From Geodermatophilus sp. (GTDB taxonomy: Bacteria > Actinomycetota > Actinomycetes > Mycobacteriales > Geodermatophilaceae): 39,901 nt of DNA. The stretch's first letter is position 1. Each line of letters starts with the position of its first letter. The translations under genes and the position numbers were made by a program. The stretch covers positions 1 to 39,901 of the forward strand of contig DASQNB010000057.1 in assembly GCA_035645175.1 (NCBI GenBank), written 5' to 3'. Below the pieces are notes generated by a model that saw nothing but the letters and a program-made list of their open reading frames with translations, was not told where the DNA came from and searched no databases. Positions 26,237 to 35,024 of the stretch are shown here, piece after piece.

Positions 26237-26667
26237 CCCGGCGCCCCGTACCGCCGAGCGCAGGTGCAGGCCGTGTCGTCGTCCCGTGGAGGCCACCCGG
26301 GCACCCTCGCGCGGGTGCCGGCACCGGGGGAAGGGGACGGACGACCGACCGGAGCCGCGTGGTCCCCGGCGGTGGGAACGGTCGGCCCACCGTCGTCCCC
26401 TGGACCCCGGCCGTGTCGGACGGCGCGGGCAGGATGGCCGGGTGGCCGGTCGGTCGGGAACCCCGCAGCCGCTGCGGGGGCGGCGGGGTCCCCGACCGTG
26501 GCGCGGCGCACGGTCGGGCACCAGCGGTGCGTCCCGATCGTGGAACACGACGTGCCCGGGTACGGAAGGCCGAGCTCGGGTACTGCGTTCCCTCGGCGGG
26601 CGACCGCACCCGACCGCGCGGCACCGGCACGACAGACGACTCCCCCTCCGAGGACTGATACGAGCAG

Positions 26668-27693
26668 ATGAGCGGTAACGCCACACACCGGTTCACCAAC
26701 ACGGCGGTCCTGGCCGTGCAGACGGCCGACGCCTCCCGGGTGGTGAGCTCCGCCGCGTTCGACGAGGCTCTCGCCGACACCTACCGGCGGGTCGGGCTGC
26801 GGCCCGGCCTGCTCGAGCGCCTCGCCGGCATCCGGGAGCGGCGCTGGTGGGCCGACGGCGTCACCTTCGTCGACGGCGCCGCCGAGGCCGGCGCCAAGGC
26901 CGTCAGCGAGAGCGGCGTCGACCCGGCGGCCATCGGCCTGATGGTGAACACCTCGGTGAGCCGCCGGTACCTGGAGCCCTCGACCGCGGTCGCGGTGCAC
27001 CACGCGCTCGGCCTGCCGCGCTCCTGCCAGAACTTCGACGTCACGAACGCCTGCCTGGGGTTCGTCAACGGCATGGAGCTGGCCGCCGCCATGATCGACT
27101 CCGGGATGGTCGAGTACGCCCTCATCGTCAACGGTGAGGACTCCCGGCCGGTCCAGGAGCGCACCATCGAGCGGCTCAACGGCCCGGGCACCGTGTCCCG
27201 GGACGTGCTGGCGCAGTTCGCGACGCTCACGCTCGGCTCGGGCGCCGCCGCCATGGTGCTCGGCCGCGCCGACGAGCACCCCGAGGGGCACCGCCTCATC
27301 GGTTCGGCCAGCCGGTCGGGCAGCGAGCACCACGACCTCTGCGTCGGCGACAACGAGCTCATGCGGACCGACCTCAAGGGCCTGCTCGACGCCGGGCTGA
27401 ACCTCTCCGCGGACCTCTGGGCGGAAGCCGCCGGCGAGTTCGACTGGACCCGCGGCATGGACCGCTACATCGTCCACCAGGTCTCCAAGGTGCACACCCA
27501 GGCGATGTGCGACCGGTTCTCCATCGACCCCGCACTGGTGCCCACGACCTTCCCGACCCGCGGCAACCTGGGCCCGGCGTCGGTCCCCTTCACCCTCGCC
27601 GACCGGCAGGACTCCCTCGTCGACGGCGACCGCGTGCTGCTCATGGGCATCGGCTCGGGCCTGAACGCCTCCTGCCTCGAGATCGCCTGGTGA
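26668..27693 (+). CDS. oleA: OleA, thiolase/KAS III-fold acyl-CoA condensing enzyme
   Basis: GIRERRWW, YLEPSTA (Glu), NACLGF (Cys), HQVS, GNLGPAS, GIGSGLN. First gene of an oleA-BC-D cluster. Confidence 0.9.
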   Translation: MSGNATHRFTNTAVLAVQTADASRVVSSAAFDEALADTYRRVGLRPGLLERLAGIRERRWWADGVTFVDGAAEAGAKAVSESGVDPAAIGLMVNTSVSRRYLEPSTAVAVHHALGLPRSCQNFDVTNACLGFVNGMELAAAMIDSGMVEYALIVNGEDSRPVQERTIERLNGPGTVSRDVLAQFATLTLGSGAAAMVLGRADEHPEGHRLIGSASRSGSEHHDLCVGDNELMRTDLKGLLDAGLNLSADLWAEAAGEFDWTRGMDRYIVHQVSKVHTQAMCDRFSIDPALVPTTFPTRGNLGPASVPFTLADRQDSLVDGDRVLLMGIGSGLNASCLEIAW

Positions 27694-30296
27694 GGGCGGA
27701 CGACGCGACGACCGTCCCGCCGGCGCTCCCGGGGCTGGACCCCGCCTGGTCCCGCTCGGTGCGCGTCCCGGGTACCGACGGCGTCGAGCACTGCTGGCAC
27801 GTCCTCGACAACGGGGTCACCGACCCGGTGGGCACGCTGCTGTGCGTCCACGGCAACCCCACCTGGTCCTACCTGTGGCGCCGCCTGCTGGCCGCCGCGC
27901 CGCCCGGCTGGCGGGTCGTCGCCCCCGACCAGCTCGGCATGGGGTGGTCCGACCGGCTGCCCGAGCCGCGGTCGCTGCGCCGGCGGGTCGCCGACCTCGG
28001 GGACCTCACGGCGGCGCTCGGCGTCACCGGCCCGGTGGTCACCGTCGGCCACGACTGGGGCGGGGTGATCTCCCTCGGCTGGGCGCTGGAGCACCGCGCG
28101 CAGCTGCGCGGCGTCGTCCTGGCCAACACCGCCGTCGCCATGCCGGCGGGCGACCTGGGCCCGGCGCTGATCCGGCTGGCCCACGCGCCCGGGGTGCGCT
28201 CGGCGGTCACCGTCGGCACCCCGGTGTTCGTCCGGGCGACGACGGCGCTGTCCCGGCCGGCGCTGCCCGCCGACGTCCGGGACGCCTTCGCCGCCCCCTA
28301 CCGGTCGGCGGCGCGACGACGGTCTGTCGGTGACTTCGTCGCCGACATCCCCTTCGCGCCCGGCCACCCGTCCCGCCCGGTGCAGGAGGCGATCGCCGAG
28401 GGCATCCGCACCCTCGACGTCCCGGCGCTGCTGCTGTGGGGCCCGCGCGACCCGGTCTTCGGCGAGCGGTACCTGACCGACCTGCGCGCCCGGATGCCGC
28501 AGGCCCGGCTGCACCGCTACGAGGGCGCCTCGCACCTGCTGCCGGAGGACGCCCCGCAGTACGCCGACGCCGTCGTGCAGTGGGTGGCCGACCTCGACGC
28601 CGGGCACGACCCCGCGGGGGCACGGCCGGTCCCCTCCGGGGACGCCGGGCGGCGGCTGTGGTCGGCCCTGGACGAGCGGTCGGGCGACGACACCCCCGCC
28701 GTGGTCGAGGTCGGCGGGGCCACGGTGAGCTGGTCCCGGCTGTCCCGGCGGGTGGCGGACCTGGCCGCCGGTCTGGCGGCGTCCGGGGTCCGCCCGGGGC
28801 ACCGCGTCGCGCTGCTCGTGGAGCCCTCGGCCGACCTCACCGCCGCGGTGTACGCGGTGTGGCGCGCCGGTGCCGTGGTCGTCGTCGCCGACAAGGGCCT
28901 GGGACTCGCCGGGATGCGCCGGGCCCTGCGCAGCGCGGCGGTCGACCACGTCGTCGGCGGTCCGCGGGGGCTGGCCGCGGCGCGCCTGATGGGCCTGCCC
29001 GGGTCCCGCATCGCCGCCGGCGCGCCGGGCCGGGCCGCGCGGCGCGCCCTGGGCGCCACCGCGGCCCTCGACGAGCTGGAGGTCCTCGGCCGGACGGCGC
29101 CGGCACCCGCCGACGCCCCGGTCGACGCCGACTGCGCCGTCCTGTTCACCTCCGGGGCCACCGGCCCGGCCAAGGGCGTCGTCTACACCCACCGCCAGGC
29201 CGCGGCCCAGCTCGAGCTGGTGCGGGCCACCTACGGCCTGACCGACCGCGACCGGTTGGTGGCGGCGTTCGCGCCGTTCGCGATCCTCGGGCCGGCCCTG
29301 GGCATCGGGTCGGCGGTCCCCGACGTCGACGTGACCGCGCCCGGGTCGCTGACCGCGGCGGCGCTGGCCGACGCCGCGGCCGCCGTCGACGCCACCGTCG
29401 TGTTCGCCTCGCCCGCGGCGCTGCGGCGGGTCGTGGCCACGGCAGCCGACCTCTCCGCGGGCCGGCGGGAGGCCCTGGGCGGCATCCGGCTGCTCATGTC
29501 CGCCGGCGCGCCGGTCCCGGCGACCCTGCTGCGGTCGCTCCGGGAGGTCCTGCCCGCCGCCGACGCGCACACCCCCTACGGCATGACCGAGGTCCTGCCG
29601 GTGACCGACGTGTCGCTGGCCGGCATCGAGGCCGCCGGCGACGGCGAGGGCGTCTGCGTGGGCCGGCCGCTGCCCGGCGTCGACGTCCGGGTCAGCCCCC
29701 TCTCCCCCACCGGCGCGGCCGACGCACCGCTCACCGACCGGGCCGGCGTAACCGGCGAGGTGTGCGTGCGGGCCGCCCACGTGAAGGACCGCTACGACGC
29801 GATGTGGGCGCTGGAGCGCGCGGCGTCCCGGGACCCCGGGTGGCACCGCACCGGCGACATCGGGCACCTGGACGCCGACGGGCGGCTCTGGATCGAGGGC
29901 CGCCTGCAGCACGTCGTCGCCACGGCCTCCGGCGCCGTCACCCCCGTCGGCATCGAGCAGCGGGTGGAGCGGGTCCCCGGCGTCGCGGCCGCCGCGGCCG
30001 TCGGCGTCGGCCCGGCCGGGGCGCAGGTCGTCGTCGTGGTCGTCGTGCCCTCCGGGATCGACCCGGCAGCGTCCGGCCGCCGCCGGCCCGCCGGGCGCGG
30101 GGACCGACTGCGCCTGGCCGACACGGACCGGGCCGACGCGGTGCGGGCGGCCGCCGGCGTCGACGTCGCCGCGGTGCTCGTCGCCGGCCGGCTGCCGGTG
30201 GACGTCCGGCACCAGTCGAAGGTGGACCGCAGCGAGGTCGCCCGCCGGGCCGCACGGGTGCTGGCCGGCTCCCGCCCGCCGTCCGGCCGCTCGTGA
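27690..30296 (+). CDS. oleBC: OleBC fusion (beta-lactone decarboxylase alpha/beta hydrolase + beta-lactone synthetase)
   Basis: HGNPTWS and GHDWGG (haloalkane-dehalogenase-like), then LFTSGATGPAKG, PYGMTE, WHRTGD, PVDVRHQSKVDR. GTGA overlap with oleA. Confidence 0.88.
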   Translation: MRADDATTVPPALPGLDPAWSRSVRVPGTDGVEHCWHVLDNGVTDPVGTLLCVHGNPTWSYLWRRLLAAAPPGWRVVAPDQLGMGWSDRLPEPRSLRRRVADLGDLTAALGVTGPVVTVGHDWGGVISLGWALEHRAQLRGVVLANTAVAMPAGDLGPALIRLAHAPGVRSAVTVGTPVFVRATTALSRPALPADVRDAFAAPYRSAARRRSVGDFVADIPFAPGHPSRPVQEAIAEGIRTLDVPALLLWGPRDPVFGERYLTDLRARMPQARLHRYEGASHLLPEDAPQYADAVVQWVADLDAGHDPAGARPVPSGDAGRRLWSALDERSGDDTPAVVEVGGATVSWSRLSRRVADLAAGLAASGVRPGHRVALLVEPSADLTAAVYAVWRAGAVVVVADKGLGLAGMRRALRSAAVDHVVGGPRGLAAARLMGLPGSRIAAGAPGRAARRALGATAALDELEVLGRTAPAPADAPVDADCAVLFTSGATGPAKGVVYTHRQAAAQLELVRATYGLTDRDRLVAAFAPFAILGPALGIGSAVPDVDVTAPGSLTAAALADAAAAVDATVVFASPAALRRVVATAADLSAGRREALGGIRLLMSAGAPVPATLLRSLREVLPAADAHTPYGMTEVLPVTDVSLAGIEAAGDGEGVCVGRPLPGVDVRVSPLSPTGAADAPLTDRAGVTGEVCVRAAHVKDRYDAMWALERAASRDPGWHRTGDIGHLDADGRLWIEGRLQHVVATASGAVTPVGIEQRVERVPGVAAAAAVGVGPAGAQVVVVVVVPSGIDPAASGRRRPAGRGDRLRLADTDRADAVRAAAGVDVAAVLVAGRLPVDVRHQSKVDRSEVARRAARVLAGSRPPSGRS

Positions 30297-30335
30297 GGGG
30301 ACCCGTCGTGGAGGTCCGGCCGTGAGGGCCCGGCC

Positions 30336-31319
30336 GTGAGGGTGCTGGTCACCGGGGCCAGCGGGATGCTGGGGCGGGCCACCGCCGAGGCGCTGCTCGG
30401 GCGCGGCGACGAGGTCACCGTGCTGCAGCGCCGTCCCGCCGGCCTGCCGTGCCGCGAGGTGCTGGGGGACGTCGCCGACCCGGCCGTGGTGCGCCGGGCC
30501 GCCCGGGGCCAGGACGCCGTGCTGCACCTGGCGGCGAAGGTCGACGTCACCGGGCCGTGGGCGGAGTACGCCTCCGCCAACATCGCCGGCACCCGCGCCG
30601 TCGTCGCCGCCTGCCGGGCCGAGGGCGTCGGCCGGCTGGTGCACGTCTCCTCTCCGTCGGTGGCGCACGCCGGGGCCGCGCTGGTGGGGGTCGGCGCGGA
30701 GCCGGCCGACCCGGCACGCGCCCGCGGGCGCTACTCCCGCTCCAAGGCCGTGGCCGAGCGGGACGCACTGGCCGCGGACTCCGCCTCCCTCGCCGTGCTG
30801 GCGGTCCGCCCCCACCTCGTGTGGGGCCCCGGCGACACCCAGCTGGTCGGCCGCATCGTCGAGCGGGCACGGGCCGGGCGGCTGCCGGTCATCGGCTCGG
30901 GCGCGGCCCTCATCGACACGACCTACGTCGACAACGCCGCGAGCGCCCTGGTCGCCGCCGTGGACGCGTGCGGACCGGTGCACGGCGAGGCCCTGGTCGT
31001 GTCGAACGGGGAACCCCGCCCGGTGGCCGAGGTCCTCCACCGGCTGTGCCGGGCCGCGGGCGTCCCCGGGCCGCGTGGCCGGGTGCCCTTCGGTGCGGCC
31101 GCCCTGGCCGGTGCGGTGGTCGACGGGGTCTGGGCGCTCACCGGACGACGCACGGTCCCCCCGCTGACCCGCTTCCTGGCCGAGCAGCTGGCGACCGCGC
31201 ACTGGTTCGACCAGCGACGGACGCGGGCGGCCCTCGGGTGGCGGCCGCAGGTGGGGCTCGACGAGGGCTTCAGCCGGCTGCGCGCCTGGTCCAGCGGCAG
31301 GGCACCGGCCCCGGCGTGA
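30336..31319 (+). CDS. oleD: OleD, extended SDR 2-alkyl-3-oxoalkanoate reductase
   Basis: VLVTGASGMLG, SSPSV, YSRSK, RPHLVWGPGDTQL. Confidence 0.88.
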   Translation: MRVLVTGASGMLGRATAEALLGRGDEVTVLQRRPAGLPCREVLGDVADPAVVRRAARGQDAVLHLAAKVDVTGPWAEYASANIAGTRAVVAACRAEGVGRLVHVSSPSVAHAGAALVGVGAEPADPARARGRYSRSKAVAERDALAADSASLAVLAVRPHLVWGPGDTQLVGRIVERARAGRLPVIGSGAALIDTTYVDNAASALVAAVDACGPVHGEALVVSNGEPRPVAEVLHRLCRAAGVPGPRGRVPFGAAALAGAVVDGVWALTGRRTVPPLTRFLAEQLATAHWFDQRRTRAALGWRPQVGLDEGFSRLRAWSSGRAPAPA

Positions 31320-31328
31320 GCACGGGTA

Positions 31329-31424
31329 GCGACGTCGGTCCCCTGGGGGGACGGGGTCCTCGGTGCCGGGGGTCCCGGTGGCCGGTCCGGGAGCCGCGCC
31401 GGGGCCGCTCGGGACCTGCGCCCC
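31329..31424. promoter_or_regulatory. Two DosR/DevR-like boxes
   Basis: GCGAC-GTCG-GTCCC (31329-31342) and GGGAC-CTGC-GCCCC (31411-31424), each one mismatch from GGGAC-N4-GTCCC, upstream of an Rv1733c-like gene. Confidence 0.45.
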
Positions 31425-31495
31425 TGTCCGACCGCGGGTGCCCGGCTCCAGACTGCGCCTGCACCGGCCCGAGCTGACGACGGGGAGGTGACGCC

Positions 31496-32086
31496 GTGGA
31501 CTCCTCCGGTCCCCTCGCCCGCGCGATCCGCCAGTTCACCCTCGGATCGGGCCCGCTCAAGCGCGGGAGCGACACGGTCGAGTACGTGTCCCGGCTGCTC
31601 GTGCTGCTGGTCGTGCTGCTGTCCGTGCCGGTCGCACTCACCGTGGGGACCGTCGTCCGGTCCGACCTGGCGGCGATGGCCCAGGAGCAGGCCGAGGAGC
31701 GCACGCGGGTCACCGCCGTCGTCACCGCCGACCCCGCCGCGCGCGCCGACACCTCCCCCCGCGCCCGGGTCCCCGTGCCGGCGCGGTGGACCTCCCCCGG
31801 CGGGACCCCGGTGGAGGGCGACGTCCCCGTCCACCCGGCGACCCGCGCCGGGGACACCCTCACGCTGTGGACGACCGCCGACGGCCGCCGCGCCGACGAG
31901 CCGATGACCCCGGCGGAGGTGCGGCGCAGCACGCTGGTCCTGGTCGGGGTGGGCTGGGCCGGCGGCCTGGGCGCGGTCGTCCTCCTGCACGTCGCGCTGT
32001 GCCGGCTGCTCGAGCGCCAGCGCGACCGGCGGTGGACCCGCGAGTGGGCCCGCGTCGAGCCGACGTGGAGCCGCCGCGTGCCCTGA
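31496..32086 (+). CDS. Rv1733c-family membrane protein
   Basis: PLKRGSDTVE, two TM helices, ARWTSPGG, WTREWARVEPTWS. GGAGG RBS. Confidence 0.8.
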   Translation: MDSSGPLARAIRQFTLGSGPLKRGSDTVEYVSRLLVLLVVLLSVPVALTVGTVVRSDLAAMAQEQAEERTRVTAVVTADPAARADTSPRARVPVPARWTSPGGTPVEGDVPVHPATRAGDTLTLWTTADGRRADEPMTPAEVRRSTLVLVGVGWAGGLGAVVLLHVALCRLLERQRDRRWTREWARVEPTWSRRVP

Positions 32087-32090
32087 CGGG

Positions 32091-33689
32091 CTAGGCGCCG
32101 CTGGCCGGGGCCAGGGCGTCCCAGAACGCGCACTGGTGCTCCTCGGCCAACGCGGCGTCGGGGACGACGGTGCTCTGCCCCCCGGGCTGCAGGGACAGCA
32201 CCGCCTGGTCGGCACCGTACGGCGGCCACGCCGTCTGCCCGGGGACCGCCGGGTCCCCGTACTGCACGAAGGCACCCCAGTACTGCTTCATCTCGGCCGC
32301 CAGCTGCTGCTCGCCGGCGTCGAAGGTGGGGGCGATGGGCGTGCCGTTGTCGAAGCTCGGGAACAGGTACGCCAGTTCGGCGGCGTGCCCCGCGCCCCAC
32401 TCGTATCCCGGGGTCGGCTGCAGCCCGGGCCCGGTGCGGGCGGCGAACTCGTAGGCCCAGGTGGGCACGTGCCGGGCGAGGTCACGGGTCAGCGCCAGGT
32501 TCGGGCAGCCGCCGATGCCGAAGGCCAGACCGGCGTCGGTGACGATCGCGCCCGCGAGGTAGGCGGCCGTGAACTCGTCGGCGTCGGCCGGCCACGGGTA
32601 GCGGGACAGGACGTCGTCGGCGTCCTCGGCGAAGGCCTCACGCACCCACGTCTCGTACTGCTCGCGGGTCCAGCCGATGCTCCCGGCCATGAAGGTCCGC
32701 CCCTCGTCCCGGGTGGCGCCGACGACCACCGGCACCCGCGCGAAGTCCCCGGTGGCGATCGCGACGCGCGGGTCCGACGGCAGGAACGGCGTGCCCCGGA
32801 CCGGCGGGACGACCGGGATCGGCGCGTCGATCAGCTCGCCCACCGGGGTGTCCCGCAGGCAGGCCAGCGCGGTCGCCAGCTCGGCGCAGCCCACCGCCTG
32901 GGCGATGACCTCGCCCTCGGCGTCGGCGGCGTCCTGGGTGCGGCTCGGGCAGGAGCCGCTCTGGATCATCGCGCCGGCGAACAGGTCGCGGGACCCCGGG
33001 GCGACCAGGTGCGAGCAGACCGACCAGCCGCCGGCCGACTCCCCGCCGATCGTCACCCGGGCGGGATCGCCGCCGAAGCTCGCGATGTTCTCCTGGACCC
33101 AGCGCAGTGCCGCCTGCTGGTCCATCAGCCCGTAGTTGCCCGACTCGCCCTGCCGGTCGGTCAGCTGGGGGTGTCCCAGGAAGCCGAGGGCGCCGAGGCG
33201 GTAGTTCATCGTCACCCCCACCACACCGGTGAGCGAGACGATCTCGGCCATGTCGGCCTGGTTGGAGCTGCCGTTCACCAGGCCGCCGCCGTGGATGAAC
33301 ACGTAGACGGGCTTGCGGTCCCCGGGCGTGCCGCCGGCGGGCCGCTGCACGTTGACGAACAGGCAGTCCTCGGTCTCCGAGCGCGGACCGTTCGTGCTCT
33401 CGGTCGCCGGGCAGCGGTTGCCGTACTGCTCGGCCGGGAGGACGCCCTCCCACGGCGCCACCGGCTCCGGCGGGGCCCACCGCAGGTTCCCGACCGGCGC
33501 GGCGGCGTACCGGATGCCGAGGAAGCTGTCCACGCCCTCGGCCTGCACGCCGCGCACGGCGCCCTGCTCCGTGTGGACGACGGGCGGCTCCCCGGGCTGT
33601 GCAGCGGCCAGGGCCGTGGGCGCGGCCGGCACGCTGGCGATCACCAGCCCGGACAGCACCGCGGTCAGGGTGGCCGGCAGACGACGCAT
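32091..33689 (-). CDS. Secreted type-B carboxylesterase/lipase
   Basis: Signal peptide, FLGIRYAAAPVG, EDCLFVNV, HGGG, GESAG, GHAAEL. Confidence 0.92.
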   Translation of the reverse strand: MRRLPATLTAVLSGLVIASVPAAPTALAAAQPGEPPVVHTEQGAVRGVQAEGVDSFLGIRYAAAPVGNLRWAPPEPVAPWEGVLPAEQYGNRCPATESTNGPRSETEDCLFVNVQRPAGGTPGDRKPVYVFIHGGGLVNGSSNQADMAEIVSLTGVVGVTMNYRLGALGFLGHPQLTDRQGESGNYGLMDQQAALRWVQENIASFGGDPARVTIGGESAGGWSVCSHLVAPGSRDLFAGAMIQSGSCPSRTQDAADAEGEVIAQAVGCAELATALACLRDTPVGELIDAPIPVVPPVRGTPFLPSDPRVAIATGDFARVPVVVGATRDEGRTFMAGSIGWTREQYETWVREAFAEDADDVLSRYPWPADADEFTAAYLAGAIVTDAGLAFGIGGCPNLALTRDLARHVPTWAYEFAARTGPGLQPTPGYEWGAGHAAELAYLFPSFDNGTPIAPTFDAGEQQLAAEMKQYWGAFVQYGDPAVPGQTAWPPYGADQAVLSLQPGGQSTVVPDAALAEEHQCAFWDALAPASGA

Positions 33690-34082
33690 GGTGGCTCCTC
33701 GATCGGTGCGCGGTCCCGAGCGGCCGGTGCTGCGGAGGACGTCGTGCGGCCGGTGGACGGCTCGGGAGGCGCTGTGCGGATCGGGTCGGCCGGCGCTGGC
33801 TCACCGGCCTGGGCAGGGAGTGCCCACGGGGTCCCGGCCCACCGTCGGGGAGCTCGGGGACGACGCGCGGTCATCCTGCCGCAGGCCCGTTGTCGAGGAC
33901 AGTCGAGGAGCGGACCCGCGCACGAGCCGTACCGCTCGGGCGGGATGTGTTGGGGGTAACGGTACTGACGGCAGCACGGTCCCCTCCCGGCCGGCGGGCG
34001 CGGAGGCACGCGACCGGCCAGACTCTCGGGGCTGCCCGGCTCCGGCGCGGAGCAGCTGCCGTCGACCCCCGCGAGGTGCCCC

Positions 34083-34853
34083 GTGACCGATGCCCCCGGA
34101 ACCAGCGAGCAGGTCCCCGTCCGCGTCCTCGGCGGGCCGACCACGCTCATCGAGTACGGGGGCCTGCGGTTCCTCACCGACCCGACCTTCGACGCGCCCG
34201 GCGAGTACCCGTTGGGCGGCGGCCGCTCCCTCACCAAGACCGCCCCCTCCGCCGTCGACCCGGCCGACCTCGGCCCTCTGGACGCGGTGCTGCTCTCCCA
34301 CGACCAGCACCCGGACAACCTCGACGGCTCCGGCCGCGCGCTGCTCGCCGACGTCCCCCTCGTGCTCACCACCCGCAGCGCCGCCGGACGCCTCGCCGGG
34401 ACCACCCGCGGGCTCGCGCCCTGGGAGGCCGTGGAGCTGCCCCGCCCCGACGGCGGCACCGTCACGGTGACCGCGACGCCCGCCCGGCACGGGCCCGAGG
34501 GGTGCGAGCCGGTCACCGGTGAGGTCGTCGGCTTCGTGCTGACCGCGGCGGACCTGCCGACCGTCCACGTCAGCGGCGACAACGCCTCGCTGGACGTCGT
34601 CCGGGAGATCGCCGGGCGCGTCGGCCCGGTGGACACCGCGGTGCTGTTCGCCGGCGCCGCCCGCACCGCCCTCTTCGACGGCGCCCTGCTCACCATCGAC
34701 GGCGCCCGGGCCGCGGAGGCCGCCGCCCTCCTGGGCGCCCGCCGGGTCGTCCCCGCCCACTGCGACAGCTGGGCCCACTTCAGCGAGACCCGGGACGACG
34801 TCGTGACCGCCTTCACCGCGGCCGGGATCGCCGACCGCCTGCAGCCGGGCTGA
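34083..34853 (+). CDS. MBL-fold metallo-hydrolase
   Basis: LTDPTFD, SHDQHPDNLD, PARHG, SGDN, PAHCDSWAHF. Confidence 0.88.
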   Translation: MTDAPGTSEQVPVRVLGGPTTLIEYGGLRFLTDPTFDAPGEYPLGGGRSLTKTAPSAVDPADLGPLDAVLLSHDQHPDNLDGSGRALLADVPLVLTTRSAAGRLAGTTRGLAPWEAVELPRPDGGTVTVTATPARHGPEGCEPVTGEVVGFVLTAADLPTVHVSGDNASLDVVREIAGRVGPVDTAVLFAGAARTALFDGALLTIDGARAAEAAALLGARRVVPAHCDSWAHFSETRDDVVTAFTAAGIADRLQPG

Positions 34854-34894
34854 GCCCGGCACGCCCGGGGAGCTGCCAAGACCGACCCGTGCCG

Positions 34895-34923
34895 TTGACG
34901 GCGGGGCGGGGCCTCACCATCAT
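34895..34923 (+). promoter_or_regulatory. Putative housekeeping promoter of the amino acid permease
   Basis: TTGACG-17 bp-CATCAT about 100 bp upstream of ATG 35025. Confidence 0.45.
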
Positions 34924-35024
34924 TCCCACGGTCGACACCGCTCCCTCCCAGCCCCTCAGGCCAGGAGAGCCGTCCAGGGCGTCGAGCACCCCGGCCTCCG
35001 GGCCCGGCAACGAGGGGAAGACCC

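Noticed and set aside
26552-26591. CGGAAGG-capped hairpin as SRP (4.5S) RNA
   Set aside because: The conserved CAGG and AGCA internal-loop sequences flanking the SRP GGAA tetraloop are missing.
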